Position numbers and translations under genes: made by a program
Shown here: one piece after another, positions 50,795 through 60,580 of the stretch
Position numbering within the stretch: position 1 is the first letter of the stretch
Layout of the letters: the number at the start of each line of letters is the position of its first letter
From: a virus
Taxonomy: Duplodnaviria; Caudoviricetes
Length of the DNA stretch: 64,000 bases
Strand: one strand, 5' to 3'
Virus record (IMG/VR): IMGVR_UViG_3300043579_000163
Span: 1-64,000 of that record
Notes under the pieces: model-generated
The model's input: the letters and a program-made list of their open reading frames with translations, nothing else
What the model was told of the DNA's origin: nothing
The model's database searches: none

Positions 50795-51042
50795 TGCAAA
50801 TTCCCGACAACATCAAGGTCTCTGTGGCCGGTGTTCTTGGAGTGGCAACGCCCGCCTCGAACTGGTTCTTGGACCTGGGGACGCCCATTCTGAATTTCCT
50901 CCTTCTGGTTGCTCAGTTGGCGGTCGCCTCTGTCACCGCAATTTACATCTACGCCAAGTGGCGGAACTTGAAGGGCGACAAGGGCGACAAGGGCGACAAG
51001 GGCGAAAAAGGCGACCGAGGTGATCGAGGAGTTTCGAAATGA
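50794..51042 (+). CDS. Holin-like membrane protein with collagen-like tail (start 50794)
   Basis: Hydrophobic ILNFLLLVAQLAVASVTAIYIYA, then KGDKGDKGDKGEKGDRGDRG. Confidence 0.5.
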   Translation: MQIPDNIKVSVAGVLGVATPASNWFLDLGTPILNFLLLVAQLAVASVTAIYIYAKWRNLKGDKGDKGDKGEKGDRGDRGVSK

Positions 51043-51584
51043 AGATTCTGTTCGCATCTCTTCTCATCGCCGCCACCTTGTGTGGTTGCATGATGCCGCT
51101 CAAGCCCGGCGGCGCGTCATACGTTCGCCCCGACGGCTCTGCGGTTAGCGTCCATCAATCGGAGAATCCGAAGACGGACACGGTGCAGGACTACAAACGC
51201 GTGACCGACGCACAGGGAGCCATAACCGAAGAGGTCCACACAAAAATCGGCGCGGCCCAGAAGGACGTGGCGCGCGAGGTGGCCGCGAAGCTCGGGTCCA
51301 TGCGTGGAATTATGTGGGTTGGCGTTCTGGTCTTCCTGTTCGGCGCAGCGAGCTTTGTCTATCCGCCCCTTAAGCTGATTGTGGCCAGTGTCACCACCAG
51401 CATGGTGATTACTGCTGCGGGACTGCTCTTGATGGTCCTTCCGACCCTCATCGTAGGAAATGAACTCCTGATTCTGGCGGGCTGTCTCGGCGTGGCCGGG
51501 TTTTATGTCTTCGCCATCCGACATGGAAAACTTCAAGGGTTCGTCGACGCAAACAAAGACGGCGTAGATGACCGAAAGCAATAA
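51039..51584 (+). CDS. Lipoprotein with C-terminal transmembrane helices (spanin-like candidate)
   Basis: MKILFASLLIAATLCG-C lipobox; three hydrophobic segments near the C-terminus. Confidence 0.6.
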   Translation: MKILFASLLIAATLCGCMMPLKPGGASYVRPDGSAVSVHQSENPKTDTVQDYKRVTDAQGAITEEVHTKIGAAQKDVAREVAAKLGSMRGIMWVGVLVFLFGAASFVYPPLKLIVASVTTSMVITAAGLLLMVLPTLIVGNELLILAGCLGVAGFYVFAIRHGKLQGFVDANKDGVDDRKQ

Positions 51585-52723
51585 TGAGCTGCAATAGCTG
51601 TAATCAATCTGGGTGCTCCGGGAACTGTCAGGGCGATTCCTGCACGGACGCCGGACGCTGCACCAACCGTTGCACTCCCTGCAATACCAACTGCGACGCT
51701 AATAGCGCAGCCTGCGAAACCCTGCCTAGTGCCCTAGAGAATTTCATCCGCTCGTTCTTCGGGCCGGGTCTTGTCCGGACTGAAGTTAATGGTCAGGTCC
51801 GCTGGATTCTGCCCTGTGACCTGGACACCGGCATTCCTGGAAATCCCAAGGGCGACGACGAGGGCCTAGCCTGTTATTTCAAGCGGCTTTTCGAGGATGG
51901 ACTTGTAGGACTCGCCGGCCCCCAGGGCGCGACGGGTGCAACTGGTGAAGTGGGGCACAATGCATACACCGTGGCGACTTCGGCCTTCAATCCGCCGGGC
52001 GTCGGCCAGTCTGTGCAGTTCAGTTTCATCCCGAGCCCGGTGGTCTCGGTCGGTCAGACCATTTTTATTCCAGGTTCAGGCTGGTATATTATCACAGACG
52101 TTTTTCAGTCCTCGGTTATCTTTGCTACGTTGCTCGAGGCCATCCCCTCGCCACTGGCGGTGATTCCCCCCGGGACACTTGTGCTCCCCGTAGGACCGCG
52201 AGGTCTCAGCATCACGGGGCCTCAGGGTCTCCAAGGTGCGAAGGGCGACACGGGGGCTCAGGGCGCAACCGGCGCGACGGGTTCACCGGGGGCTACCGGC
52301 GCAACTGGGCCGGCTGGGGCGACAGCCACCAACACGAACGCAAAGGTCATCCCCTCAGGTTCGGATTATGAGCTTACCAACGCGTATGCTCACGTCGTCT
52401 TCGGAACCAGCGAACTAGACACCACTCTCGCCACCGCGGGAACTTATCTTTTCTTTGTGACGCTGTTCGGGTCCAACGGAACTGGAGGGGCGCGGCAATG
52501 GAGTTTCAAGCTGGTGAACCAGAGCACCGCTACGGACATTGACGACTCACAATACAGCGTAGAAATTCCTGCCACCTCAAGCACGAATATTACTTGGCCC
52601 GTGCTGGTGACCACGTCCGTCGATGGTCACGTCATCGAAGTGCAGGGCTTGTCCGCCCTTGGGGGAGCTACAGAAACCATTGTCGCTCTCGACTCCCGGA
52701 TTGTGTATGTCAAATTATCATGA
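51584..52723 (+). CDS. Collagen-like fibre protein with Cys-rich N-terminus
   Basis: 10 Cys in the first 44 aa; GPQGLQGAKGDTGAQGATGATG; beta-rich C-terminal domain. Confidence 0.75.
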   Translation: MSCNSCNQSGCSGNCQGDSCTDAGRCTNRCTPCNTNCDANSAACETLPSALENFIRSFFGPGLVRTEVNGQVRWILPCDLDTGIPGNPKGDDEGLACYFKRLFEDGLVGLAGPQGATGATGEVGHNAYTVATSAFNPPGVGQSVQFSFIPSPVVSVGQTIFIPGSGWYIITDVFQSSVIFATLLEAIPSPLAVIPPGTLVLPVGPRGLSITGPQGLQGAKGDTGAQGATGATGSPGATGATGPAGATATNTNAKVIPSGSDYELTNAYAHVVFGTSELDTTLATAGTYLFFVTLFGSNGTGGARQWSFKLVNQSTATDIDDSQYSVEIPATSSTNITWPVLVTTSVDGHVIEVQGLSALGGATETIVALDSRIVYVKLS

Positions 52724-52959
52724 ACAAGGATTGTCGTAATCAGAATCCGGTAATTCGTGACCCGAATCTTGGCGATTGTTGTCCGCCTGTGGCTGGGATG
52801 AAGCGCCTTGATAAGGTGCCGCGCACATTACCACGCCGACGGAATAACACCGCCTGTGAAGAAGTTTTGCAGGATGAGGCGGGGTTCGCAATCTTGGATG
52901 AGGCCACTGGGAGTTTTATCCACGACGACCTGAAGGAAAATCCCCTCTGTCCGACTTGA
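52720..52959 (+). CDS. Small hypothetical protein (start MNKDC)
   Basis: ATGA overlap. Confidence 0.6.
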   Translation: MNKDCRNQNPVIRDPNLGDCCPPVAGMKRLDKVPRTLPRRRNNTACEEVLQDEAGFAILDEATGSFIHDDLKENPLCPT

Positions 52960-52963
52960 GTTT

Positions 52964-54412
52964 ATGTCTAAAGTTTCCGATTACGTAGCGGCAACAGAGT
53001 CCGTCACGCCGAACGGTGGCTGGCTTTTTATTGCCGAGCTGCAGGACGACGGTTCCTACATCACGAAGAAAATTGCCCCACATAACGTGGGCGCTGTGGG
53101 TCCAGCCGGCCAGCAGGGTTTACAGGGTGAGCCCGGTGGAGCGGGAGCGCAGGGCGAGCAAGGCTTGCAGGGAAATCCTGGACCAGCGGGGACGGCAGGG
53201 ACTAACGGGACCAACGGGACCAACGGAACCAACGGGACCAACGGAACGGACTCTCAGGTAACCCGCGCCTCTACGGACTCTGTCGCAGTGGGGGCAGGCT
53301 CGAAGACCTTCAACTATACCGTCGCAGCCACCAACCTAGGCTGGGCTATCGGAACTCGATTACGCGCGGCCAGCGCGGGCACACCCGCGAACTACGTTGA
53401 GGGTCTCGTCACCGCGGTGAACAACACCCAGGTGACCATTAGCTCCGATAACTTCGGGGGCGCGGGCTCTAGCGCGGACTGGAATATCACGATTGCCGGT
53501 GACAAGGGTTCGACTGGTGCAACGGGCGCGGCTGGTGCAAATGGGATGGATGCTTTTCAGATTGCAGACGGATGGGCTATCGAAACATTCGACGATTACT
53601 CCGCGGGAGCGCTTGCTACTCCCAATAGAGGCGTGGGCTGGGGCGCGGACGGCTCAATTTCTGGCGGGACCATCGTTTCTCGTAACATCGCGAACGGTAA
53701 GACGGAAAATCGCCTCGAGCTGAACAACGGCGAATACATTCGTCAGTTCTACTTCGGTAGTGAGTGGCACCGAATCCAGATTGCAATCATCTGGAGATTC
53801 ACTGGCTCCGGTAACTTCACCGCCAGCGGGTCAGTGGGGCTTTGTAACGGCGCGAACTTCCGCGGGTTCAACTCAGCGAACTGCGACAATTTTCTTGGCA
53901 TCTATTATGACCCGGCTGGTCCTACGACCTGGACGGACACCGCGGAAACGGCTTGCAACTCTTACCTGCAAGGCGTCAGCACCCGCTGGGCGACTCGTCG
54001 CGTTAACACCACCACGGACCGGGGCGGTGGCTCTGGCTCTGATGGTCGTCGTCATTCCCGGACCGAAGAGTATAGGTCAATTCTCTTGCTCGAAATTTCT
54101 CGTCCTGTCGCTGCTACCGTGGGAACCGCCGTGACGTATTCCACCGCGATGCGCTCGACCAATATCGACCGAATCAACTTCTCCCTGTCAAAACATGTCA
54201 TCACAGACATGTTGGTTGAGGCTAATGGAACGCTGGGTGGCCAGACGGACTGGGCAACTGTCTCCGGCAACACCACTGCTCCGGCTGGAACGGTCACCAA
54301 CTCGTGGAGCTTTGACGAAAGCACTGGAGTTTTAGACTCCCTCAACATAAACTGGGACGACACCACTCACCTGATGGAAATTGCAGCCATCGCTGTTCGA
54401 AAGGTCTATTAA
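52964..54412 (+). CDS. Collagen-like tail fibre / receptor-binding protein
   Basis: GPAGQQGLQGEPG...(GTN)n Gly-X-Y tract, then beta-rich domains. Confidence 0.8.
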   Translation: MSKVSDYVAATESVTPNGGWLFIAELQDDGSYITKKIAPHNVGAVGPAGQQGLQGEPGGAGAQGEQGLQGNPGPAGTAGTNGTNGTNGTNGTNGTDSQVTRASTDSVAVGAGSKTFNYTVAATNLGWAIGTRLRAASAGTPANYVEGLVTAVNNTQVTISSDNFGGAGSSADWNITIAGDKGSTGATGAAGANGMDAFQIADGWAIETFDDYSAGALATPNRGVGWGADGSISGGTIVSRNIANGKTENRLELNNGEYIRQFYFGSEWHRIQIAIIWRFTGSGNFTASGSVGLCNGANFRGFNSANCDNFLGIYYDPAGPTTWTDTAETACNSYLQGVSTRWATRRVNTTTDRGGGSGSDGRRHSRTEEYRSILLLEISRPVAATVGTAVTYSTAMRSTNIDRINFSLSKHVITDMLVEANGTLGGQTDWATVSGNTTAPAGTVTNSWSFDESTGVLDSLNINWDDTTHLMEIAAIAVRKVY

Positions 54413-54416
54413 TACA

Positions 54417-54725
54417 ATGACACCAATTATCCCAACCGCAACGGAGCACAAACTCCAGATTGACCAACGTCGTCTAATAATCAACGCCGCCGCCGGCACA
54501 GCGGACCCGGCCACAACTCGGGCGTTGCTTTTTGGCCTGTTGCATTCAATCCAGGACGAACTAGCACGGGCCCTGGACAATGATGAATTCATTGGTAGCT
54601 CCGTAGTGGTTAATGTTGACGCCGCCATCCTGGCTTTGCCTACAGCAGTTCGTGTCCGGAACCTTTTGGTCGCGCTCGGCTATACGGTGAACCTAACCGG
54701 AAATACCGCAACTATCTCCTGGTAA
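54417..54725 (+). CDS. Hypothetical virion protein (start MTPIIP)
   Basis: Operon context. Confidence 0.6.
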   Translation: MTPIIPTATEHKLQIDQRRLIINAAAGTADPATTRALLFGLLHSIQDELARALDNDEFIGSSVVVNVDAAILALPTAVRVRNLLVALGYTVNLTGNTATISW

Positions 54726-54730
54726 CTTTT

Positions 54731-55051
54731 ATGCCCGACTATCCAATTGATTTAGGAAAGGAAATGAGCGGACCCATTGAGGGCATGCCGTCTCCCCCCT
54801 CCGAGCGGAAGGAATACTACCCGTGTCTTTATCTGGACTGGGACGACAAATATAACCTGCCCGCGTCCGGGGAAATGACCGTCCGTTTCCGCAAGAAAAG
54901 TGAGACCACTCGAGAGGGCGACCGCGGCACCTCTCAAACGGTGGAACTCGACATCGAGTCAATTCTCTACGTCGAGCCCGACAAGGTCAGCAAGAAAGAC
55001 CGTGAGAACGGAAGCGAAGCGCTCGACAAGTATAAAGAGGAGCTTGACTGA
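54731..55051 (+). CDS. Hypothetical acidic protein
   Basis: Operon context. Confidence 0.6.
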   Translation: MPDYPIDLGKEMSGPIEGMPSPPSERKEYYPCLYLDWDDKYNLPASGEMTVRFRKKSETTREGDRGTSQTVELDIESILYVEPDKVSKKDRENGSEALDKYKEELD

Positions 55052-56010
55052 TGTTTTTGGTCAAAGAAATCTGGTCCGAGGCCAAGAAGATTTTCCGCCA
55101 CTGCGATGAAACGCAGCTCTACGAGAAAATCGGAGACTCCTACGAGCTGCTCGCCTCCAAGGGAGAGATTGATGCCCTCGTGGGCTACGTGGATATCTGC
55201 GTCGACGGGGCGCAGTGCATCACGCTCCCGCGCGAGGTGGAGACTGTCCTTGCCCTGAACGTGGACGGGCATCCGACCATTGGCCGGAACCCGCTGCACA
55301 CTTTTCATCTGAACGGGCCGGGGGACTTCATAACACTCTGCCGAGCCTGGACCGATATCGGGAACTTCCCGACATACCGCGACCTCCCGTGCCCCGGAAA
55401 GCTCGTAGCCTACCTGGACAGCGCGGAGGACGAGGGCAAGGAATTGCGCGTGTTCGGTCATGATAGTCAGAACCGCCCACTCCGAACCCAGGTTGGCGAC
55501 ACCTGGAGCGATGGCTATTTGGTGCCCACGGTTTTTGGGTTTGCTTTACCGGATGTTAACGCGCCGACCATCAGCCGAATTAGTGCCATAGTCAAGGCCA
55601 ACACGGTCGGCGACGTGCGGCTCTCGACCTTCGACAACTCGTCCACGGTGAACAGCACCACGGGCACGTTGCTCGGAATCTTCGAGCCCAACGAAACGAA
55701 GCCCATGTATCGGCGAATCAAACTGGGCCGTTCTGCGTGTTGGGTCCGTATCTGTTACCGCAAACGCAGCTACCGTCTTTTTAGTCAATACGACCGAATC
55801 AATCTACACTCTCGTCTCGCACTGGTTCTCGCGATGCGCGCAATCCGGTTCTATGATGACACGGACATCGCGAACGCAACGACCTACGAGGCCCACGCGG
55901 TTCGCATCCTCACGGAGAAAGAATCAAGCCTGGAAGGGCCCGCGCTCACGCCGATTCAGGTAGACGACCGCAACAGCATCAAGAACCCGGGCTACGATGA
56001 GGTCGAATAA
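55051..56010 (+). CDS. Probable tail adaptor (tail tubular protein A-like)
   Basis: Directly upstream of the large nozzle-like gene; size and position. Confidence 0.55.
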   Translation: MFLVKEIWSEAKKIFRHCDETQLYEKIGDSYELLASKGEIDALVGYVDICVDGAQCITLPREVETVLALNVDGHPTIGRNPLHTFHLNGPGDFITLCRAWTDIGNFPTYRDLPCPGKLVAYLDSAEDEGKELRVFGHDSQNRPLRTQVGDTWSDGYLVPTVFGFALPDVNAPTISRISAIVKANTVGDVRLSTFDNSSTVNSTTGTLLGIFEPNETKPMYRRIKLGRSACWVRICYRKRSYRLFSQYDRINLHSRLALVLAMRAIRFYDDTDIANATTYEAHAVRILTEKESSLEGPALTPIQVDDRNSIKNPGYDEVE

Positions 56011-58019
56011 TGGCAACCGCAACCTTTCTTGAAGACGGGGACGTTGAATTTTCCGCCGGGATGGACTCGAACCTCCACCCGATTAAACTATCCCCCGGGA
56101 AATACGCGCGCGGCGAGAACATCGTCAACCGCGGTGGAATCGTGCAGTGCCGACCCGGATATCGGTGCCTGACCGCGCTCGCCGAAGGTCGCCTTCAAGG
56201 ATTTGCTCTTTTTAAACCGAAGGTCGGGGCTGAACAATTGGTTTTCATGGTCGACGGGCTGCTTTACGTCGCGGACTACCCGTTTAATACCGCCCGACCT
56301 CTCGGTGATGTCCTTTTTTCATCTTCAGCTCGGCAGGCCTATTTCGCCCTGGTAGAGCAGGCGGTCGAGCAGAACTCTGCTGGCTCTCTCACCCTAATCA
56401 CGCCGAAAAACTTGCTTGTGATTCAGGACGGAGGCTTCACCCCGCCGGCAATTTATGACGGAACTCGCGTCACCCAGTCCCGAGGATTCGGGGCCATCCC
56501 GATGGGTGGGCCCATGCGTTGGGTTGGAGACCGTCTCTGGGTTGGGCGCGGCGGTGAGCTTTTTGCGTCCGACATCAATAACCCGGTGTCTTTTATCGAG
56601 GACGTTTATCTCGCTACCGTGCGGGCCTTCGTGCTCCCGGGCGAAATCACGGCACTGGCGCGCAATCCATCTTCTGACATCGCGCAACTGCTCGTTTTCA
56701 CTGAAACGTCCACCACGCTTATTCAGGCCGGCATCCGCGACCGGACACAGTGGCCACTTACTCCAGACATGCAGAGGGAAATCCTGCCGAAGATTGGGTG
56801 TAAGAGCCAGCGGTCCGTGCTCGACCAATCCGGCATGTTGTGGTGGTATTCTGCCAATGGATTCGTCTCCTTAGACTCCGCCATCAACAGCAAGATTTCT
56901 AGCCGCCTTCCCTATCGGGACAATGAGATGGTGGAGAGCAAGAGTCGTCTCTCAGAAGACCTCTCGGGTGTCGCTGCGGGCACCTTCGAAAACTACATTC
57001 TATTAAGTGTGCCCTACGGGGGCATCTTTAATCGACATACATGGGTAATCGACAGTGCCATAAGTCAGAATTATCTCGAGGACCAACCGCCTACCTGGAA
57101 TAGTTTCTGGACAGGGACGCGCCCCGTGGAGTGGATTACCACGGAAATTCACGGGAAGCAGAGGGTGTTCTACATCTCGCCCGACTATGACGGGGTCAAC
57201 CGACTGTGGGAGGCCTTCTGGCCCGACCGACGTGATGAGGGCTGCCCGATTTCGTGGTGGTTCGAGACGCGCGGCTACTTCGGTCCCCCCGGAGCAGTGT
57301 TGACTCGAAAATCTTTTCGCTACGCAGACGTGCAGCTATCCGAGATGGTAGGGGATGTTGACATTGGCATTTTCTGGGCCGGCGCGCGGCGCGGGAAATA
57401 CAAGAAAATTTTCTCTCAGCGGTTGCGGGCTACGGAGGGCTGTTTTCGGCCCGACATGGTTATAACCATGAACACGAAAATCTTCGCGTTCAAAAAGCAG
57501 TCGCGCATGGTCCGAACTGAGGATGCAAAAGACCTCATAGAAAACCAAACCGAAAGTTCCTGCGGGGTTGAGTCTCCGTGGTCCGAGTTTTTTGATGAGG
57601 CCTTTCAGATTTTGGTGGCGGGAAGTGGTCCGTGCGCCGTCGACTCCGTGCGAATCCTTTATGAGCCCCCCGTCTCTCGGGATGACCTGCTCCGAACGGA
57701 TAATTGTGAGAACGAGACGGAAAGCAACGTTGTCCGATTCGATGGTGCCGCCGCGGAGTCCTCCGACAGCACTGCGGATGCGCAGGAGGCCCTGTCCCAC
57801 GACATCCTCGAGTTCACATCACTGCGCTCGACCGCGGTGACAAACCAAGGTTTCACCGAGGTAGCTGCCGGCGAGGGTCGGAGCATTATTTCTCAGGATG
57901 ACGCTGACAAAATTGCCCTTCGCGTTGCCGAGCGGAAGGCGTCCCACAAAATCGAGGCCGACCTGCCCCTGATTGTGAGCCTTGGCGCTGCCGCCAACGA
58001 AGCCAAGTCCAATGAATAA
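56010..58019 (+). CDS. Probable tail nozzle/stabilisation protein (tubular protein B / P22 gp10-like)
   Basis: 669 aa beta-rich; N-terminal FSAGMDSNLHP...ENIVNRGGIVQCRPG typical of short-tail hub proteins (recalled). Confidence 0.6.
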   Translation: MATATFLEDGDVEFSAGMDSNLHPIKLSPGKYARGENIVNRGGIVQCRPGYRCLTALAEGRLQGFALFKPKVGAEQLVFMVDGLLYVADYPFNTARPLGDVLFSSSARQAYFALVEQAVEQNSAGSLTLITPKNLLVIQDGGFTPPAIYDGTRVTQSRGFGAIPMGGPMRWVGDRLWVGRGGELFASDINNPVSFIEDVYLATVRAFVLPGEITALARNPSSDIAQLLVFTETSTTLIQAGIRDRTQWPLTPDMQREILPKIGCKSQRSVLDQSGMLWWYSANGFVSLDSAINSKISSRLPYRDNEMVESKSRLSEDLSGVAAGTFENYILLSVPYGGIFNRHTWVIDSAISQNYLEDQPPTWNSFWTGTRPVEWITTEIHGKQRVFYISPDYDGVNRLWEAFWPDRRDEGCPISWWFETRGYFGPPGAVLTRKSFRYADVQLSEMVGDVDIGIFWAGARRGKYKKIFSQRLRATEGCFRPDMVITMNTKIFAFKKQSRMVRTEDAKDLIENQTESSCGVESPWSEFFDEAFQILVAGSGPCAVDSVRILYEPPVSRDDLLRTDNCENETESNVVRFDGAAAESSDSTADAQEALSHDILEFTSLRSTAVTNQGFTEVAAGEGRSIISQDDADKIALRVAERKASHKIEADLPLIVSLGAAANEAKSNE

Positions 58020-58425
58020 CCTCAACTCACTTCGTCCGGTCACCCGCCGAGCCGTGTCTCTGTTCTACAAGAGCCCCGGAATCTGCGAGCTGCCCGTGCC
58101 CCTTAGCGGGTCTGGACAGTCGGCGGCTGCCAATATCTCAATCGAGCCCGTTACCCGGAAGGCGGGGCCCGACAGCCTTGAAGCAATCATAGTTGGGTCG
58201 GACGTTTCTCTGAACTGGCCGGAGTTGAGCTACGCGTTTGCCTACGCGGTTTACCGAAGCACCTCCCCTGAGGGGCCGTTCACACTCCTTACCTCCAATT
58301 TGGGGGAAAACTCCTACGTGGACGTGGGTCTCGCGCCGGGAGAATACTGGTGGAAAGTCACAGCCATCGAACCCGACTTTGGGGAAACCTTTCCCAGCCC
58401 CCTGGCTTCGGCAACAGTCAGTTGA
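58012..58425 (+). CDS. Fibronectin III-like virion protein
   Basis: VSLNWP...YAVYRS...YVDVGLAPGEYWWKVTA. Confidence 0.7.
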   Translation: MNNLNSLRPVTRRAVSLFYKSPGICELPVPLSGSGQSAAANISIEPVTRKAGPDSLEAIIVGSDVSLNWPELSYAFAYAVYRSTSPEGPFTLLTSNLGENSYVDVGLAPGEYWWKVTAIEPDFGETFPSPLASATVS

Positions 58426-58452
58426 CAAAGCCCTGATGTAACGAACCTTTTA
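58422..58452 (+). promoter_or_regulatory. Class II promoter candidate
   Basis: TTGACA-17-ACCTTTTA-6-ATG. Confidence 0.5.
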
Positions 58453-58458
58453 TCCAGC

Positions 58459-59526
58459 ATGTTGTTCACTACAAATCTCGTAATCGTTTCTTCCCAATTG
58501 CCTCCGGATTTTTCCGGCAATCCGCAGGAGCTGATGGAGGCGATGGTGGAGCGCATGTCCATCCAGTCCCCGCAGGGAACCAGTTTTTTCGTCGTCGGGG
58601 ACGCCGAGCCCAGTTCCAATGTGGGCCCGTGGGTGAACACCTCAGGCGGGGTAGGGGCGTGGTATGTGTTCGACATCAATCAGGGTAAATACGTCCCCAT
58701 TGATATCAGCCCTTCCTTAAACCTTTTCGTCGTAGGCCCGGACAACCCGGGGACGCCGCAGCCCACGGACCCGACCCTCTGGCTTCGCACCTTCGAGACC
58801 CGCGCCATCGGCTGGTATGGATGGGACGGCACCGAGTGGCGCGCGCTGGTCAACCCGCCCCCGAGCGGACCCACAGCCTCTCGCCCCACGAACCCCGTAG
58901 ACCTCGAGCAGTTCTGGGACACTGACATCAACGTCCTCATCCACTGGGAACGCGGAGCATGGCGCACAGTTTCAGGAAGCCCCGGGGACATTAAGTTCGT
59001 TGCCCAGGCGATTCTTTCGGACGCGCTGGAATTCAATCCAGGATGGCAATACGTCGGCCAGGACGACCAGAGCCTGCGCGGAAAAATCTTTGCAGTAGCT
59101 ACACAGGACCAAACCGCTGGCGGCACGAGCGTTTTTGCCACTGACTCTGGAATCACCCCCAGGGATGCGGGAGAACAGGACGGCGCAGAAACGGTCACGC
59201 TGACCTCGGCGAACATCGAACAGCACACGCATTTAATCGGTCACGCGACGGCTCTCAACTCCGGAAACACTGTTCAGCTCCATCGGGGAAAGGACTCCGA
59301 GACTATCAATATCCCTCCAGTTGTCCCACCGAATTATTTCGAAGTGAACGGCGACGGGGCCTCTAATGGGACCAAGCTAGGCACCGCGGGGGATGGTCCC
59401 GCAGGGACACAGTTAATCACCAGCCGTCAGCTCTCTCTGGCCGACTGGGAAGACTATACTGGCGTTGCCACCCCACACGCCAATATCCAGCCGTCCGTTT
59501 GGCTCTGGGCCCTCGTAAAGCTCTAG
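58459..59526 (+). CDS. Tail fibre/collar-domain protein
   Basis: SGSPGDIKF...GEQDGAETVTLTSANIEQHTH...HANIQPSV collar and receptor-tip motifs. Confidence 0.7.
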   Translation: MLFTTNLVIVSSQLPPDFSGNPQELMEAMVERMSIQSPQGTSFFVVGDAEPSSNVGPWVNTSGGVGAWYVFDINQGKYVPIDISPSLNLFVVGPDNPGTPQPTDPTLWLRTFETRAIGWYGWDGTEWRALVNPPPSGPTASRPTNPVDLEQFWDTDINVLIHWERGAWRTVSGSPGDIKFVAQAILSDALEFNPGWQYVGQDDQSLRGKIFAVATQDQTAGGTSVFATDSGITPRDAGEQDGAETVTLTSANIEQHTHLIGHATALNSGNTVQLHRGKDSETINIPPVVPPNYFEVNGDGASNGTKLGTAGDGPAGTQLITSRQLSLADWEDYTGVATPHANIQPSVWLWALVKL

Positions 59527-59530
59527 GACC

Positions 59531-60121
59531 ATGAACCAAATCTCCGTCCAGATTCTCGACGATTTTCTCCCCTGTCCGGAGAACTTCCGACTTGACGCCC
59601 TTAGCCGGCGATTCTATAGCATCCGAGGACCCGACGGTGAAAAGTATCAAAATGTTCACGTTTTCCCCTCTGATGAATTCGAACCCGAAATGTCTGCACG
59701 CCTGGGACGACGTGTCTCTATCGACCACTGTTTCCTCCGCCTTAATCCGAACGGGGACAATCACCGGATTCATGCGGACATCGCCCATTCCCCTTACGCT
59801 TTCGTGCTCTATCTCAACGCACCCGAGCAATGTCGAGGCGGCACCGCCTTCTGGCGCTATCGTAAGTATGGTTGGCCCTCGTTCCCGGAGATTGATGCAA
59901 TCAAACGTATGGGAAAGTCACCAGTCCGCGTGGCTGAAGAAATACTCGCCAACCACGAGGACCTTTCGAAGTGGGAACAAATCCACCTCGTGGATATGAA
60001 GTTTAACCGGATGATAGTTTATCCGACTAAGCAATTTCACAGTCGCTGGCCCCTCGAGGGCTGGGGTGCTGGTGCGTCTGAGTCCCGTCTCGTCGCCGTT
60101 GGATTTTTTGGAGTGGAATAA
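59531..60121 (+). CDS. 2OG-Fe(II) dioxygenase (DUF6445-like)
   Basis: IHADI (HxD), FVLYLN, GGTAFW, FNRMIVY...FHS, RLVAVGFF. Confidence 0.8.
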   Translation: MNQISVQILDDFLPCPENFRLDALSRRFYSIRGPDGEKYQNVHVFPSDEFEPEMSARLGRRVSIDHCFLRLNPNGDNHRIHADIAHSPYAFVLYLNAPEQCRGGTAFWRYRKYGWPSFPEIDAIKRMGKSPVRVAEEILANHEDLSKWEQIHLVDMKFNRMIVYPTKQFHSRWPLEGWGAGASESRLVAVGFFGVE

Positions 60122-60579
60122 TGCAGCTCATTGAACTCAACGCCAGTAACCTTAACCTCACGTTCCCGATTGGTCACGCCTTCTCGAAGGAAGCGGGGCG
60201 CAAACCTTTTCGTGATGACGTGTTCTCGCAGCTCTGGCAGAACCTGCTCGAAAGTGGGCTCGGGAAAATTTACGCTCTGGTTGAATACGAAACTGAGCCG
60301 CAGGAATTCCGAGCGATTGCACTTCTGGGTGCCACGTTCTTGCAAGACCCGTTTTCTGGTGAGTTGACCGCGGCGGAACATTTTTGGTATGTGCTTCCGG
60401 AGCACCGCAAGAGCGGAGTGGGCCTCCAGTTGTTAGACCGGTTCGAAGCAGATGCGAAAGCAAAGGGATGCGCGCAGGTAGTGATGGTTCACTTCATGCA
60501 CCTAGGTCCTGGCTTGCAGAGGCTGTATGAGTCAAGAGGCTACAAGGCCTTAGAGCAAACATATAAGAAGGAGATTTAA
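60121..60579 (+). CDS. GNAT acetyltransferase
   Basis: WYVLPEHRKSGVGLQLL (motif A), LQRLYESRGY. Confidence 0.85.
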   Translation: MQLIELNASNLNLTFPIGHAFSKEAGRKPFRDDVFSQLWQNLLESGLGKIYALVEYETEPQEFRAIALLGATFLQDPFSGELTAAEHFWYVLPEHRKSGVGLQLLDRFEADAKAKGCAQVVMVHFMHLGPGLQRLYESRGYKALEQTYKKEI

Positions 60580-60580
60580 T

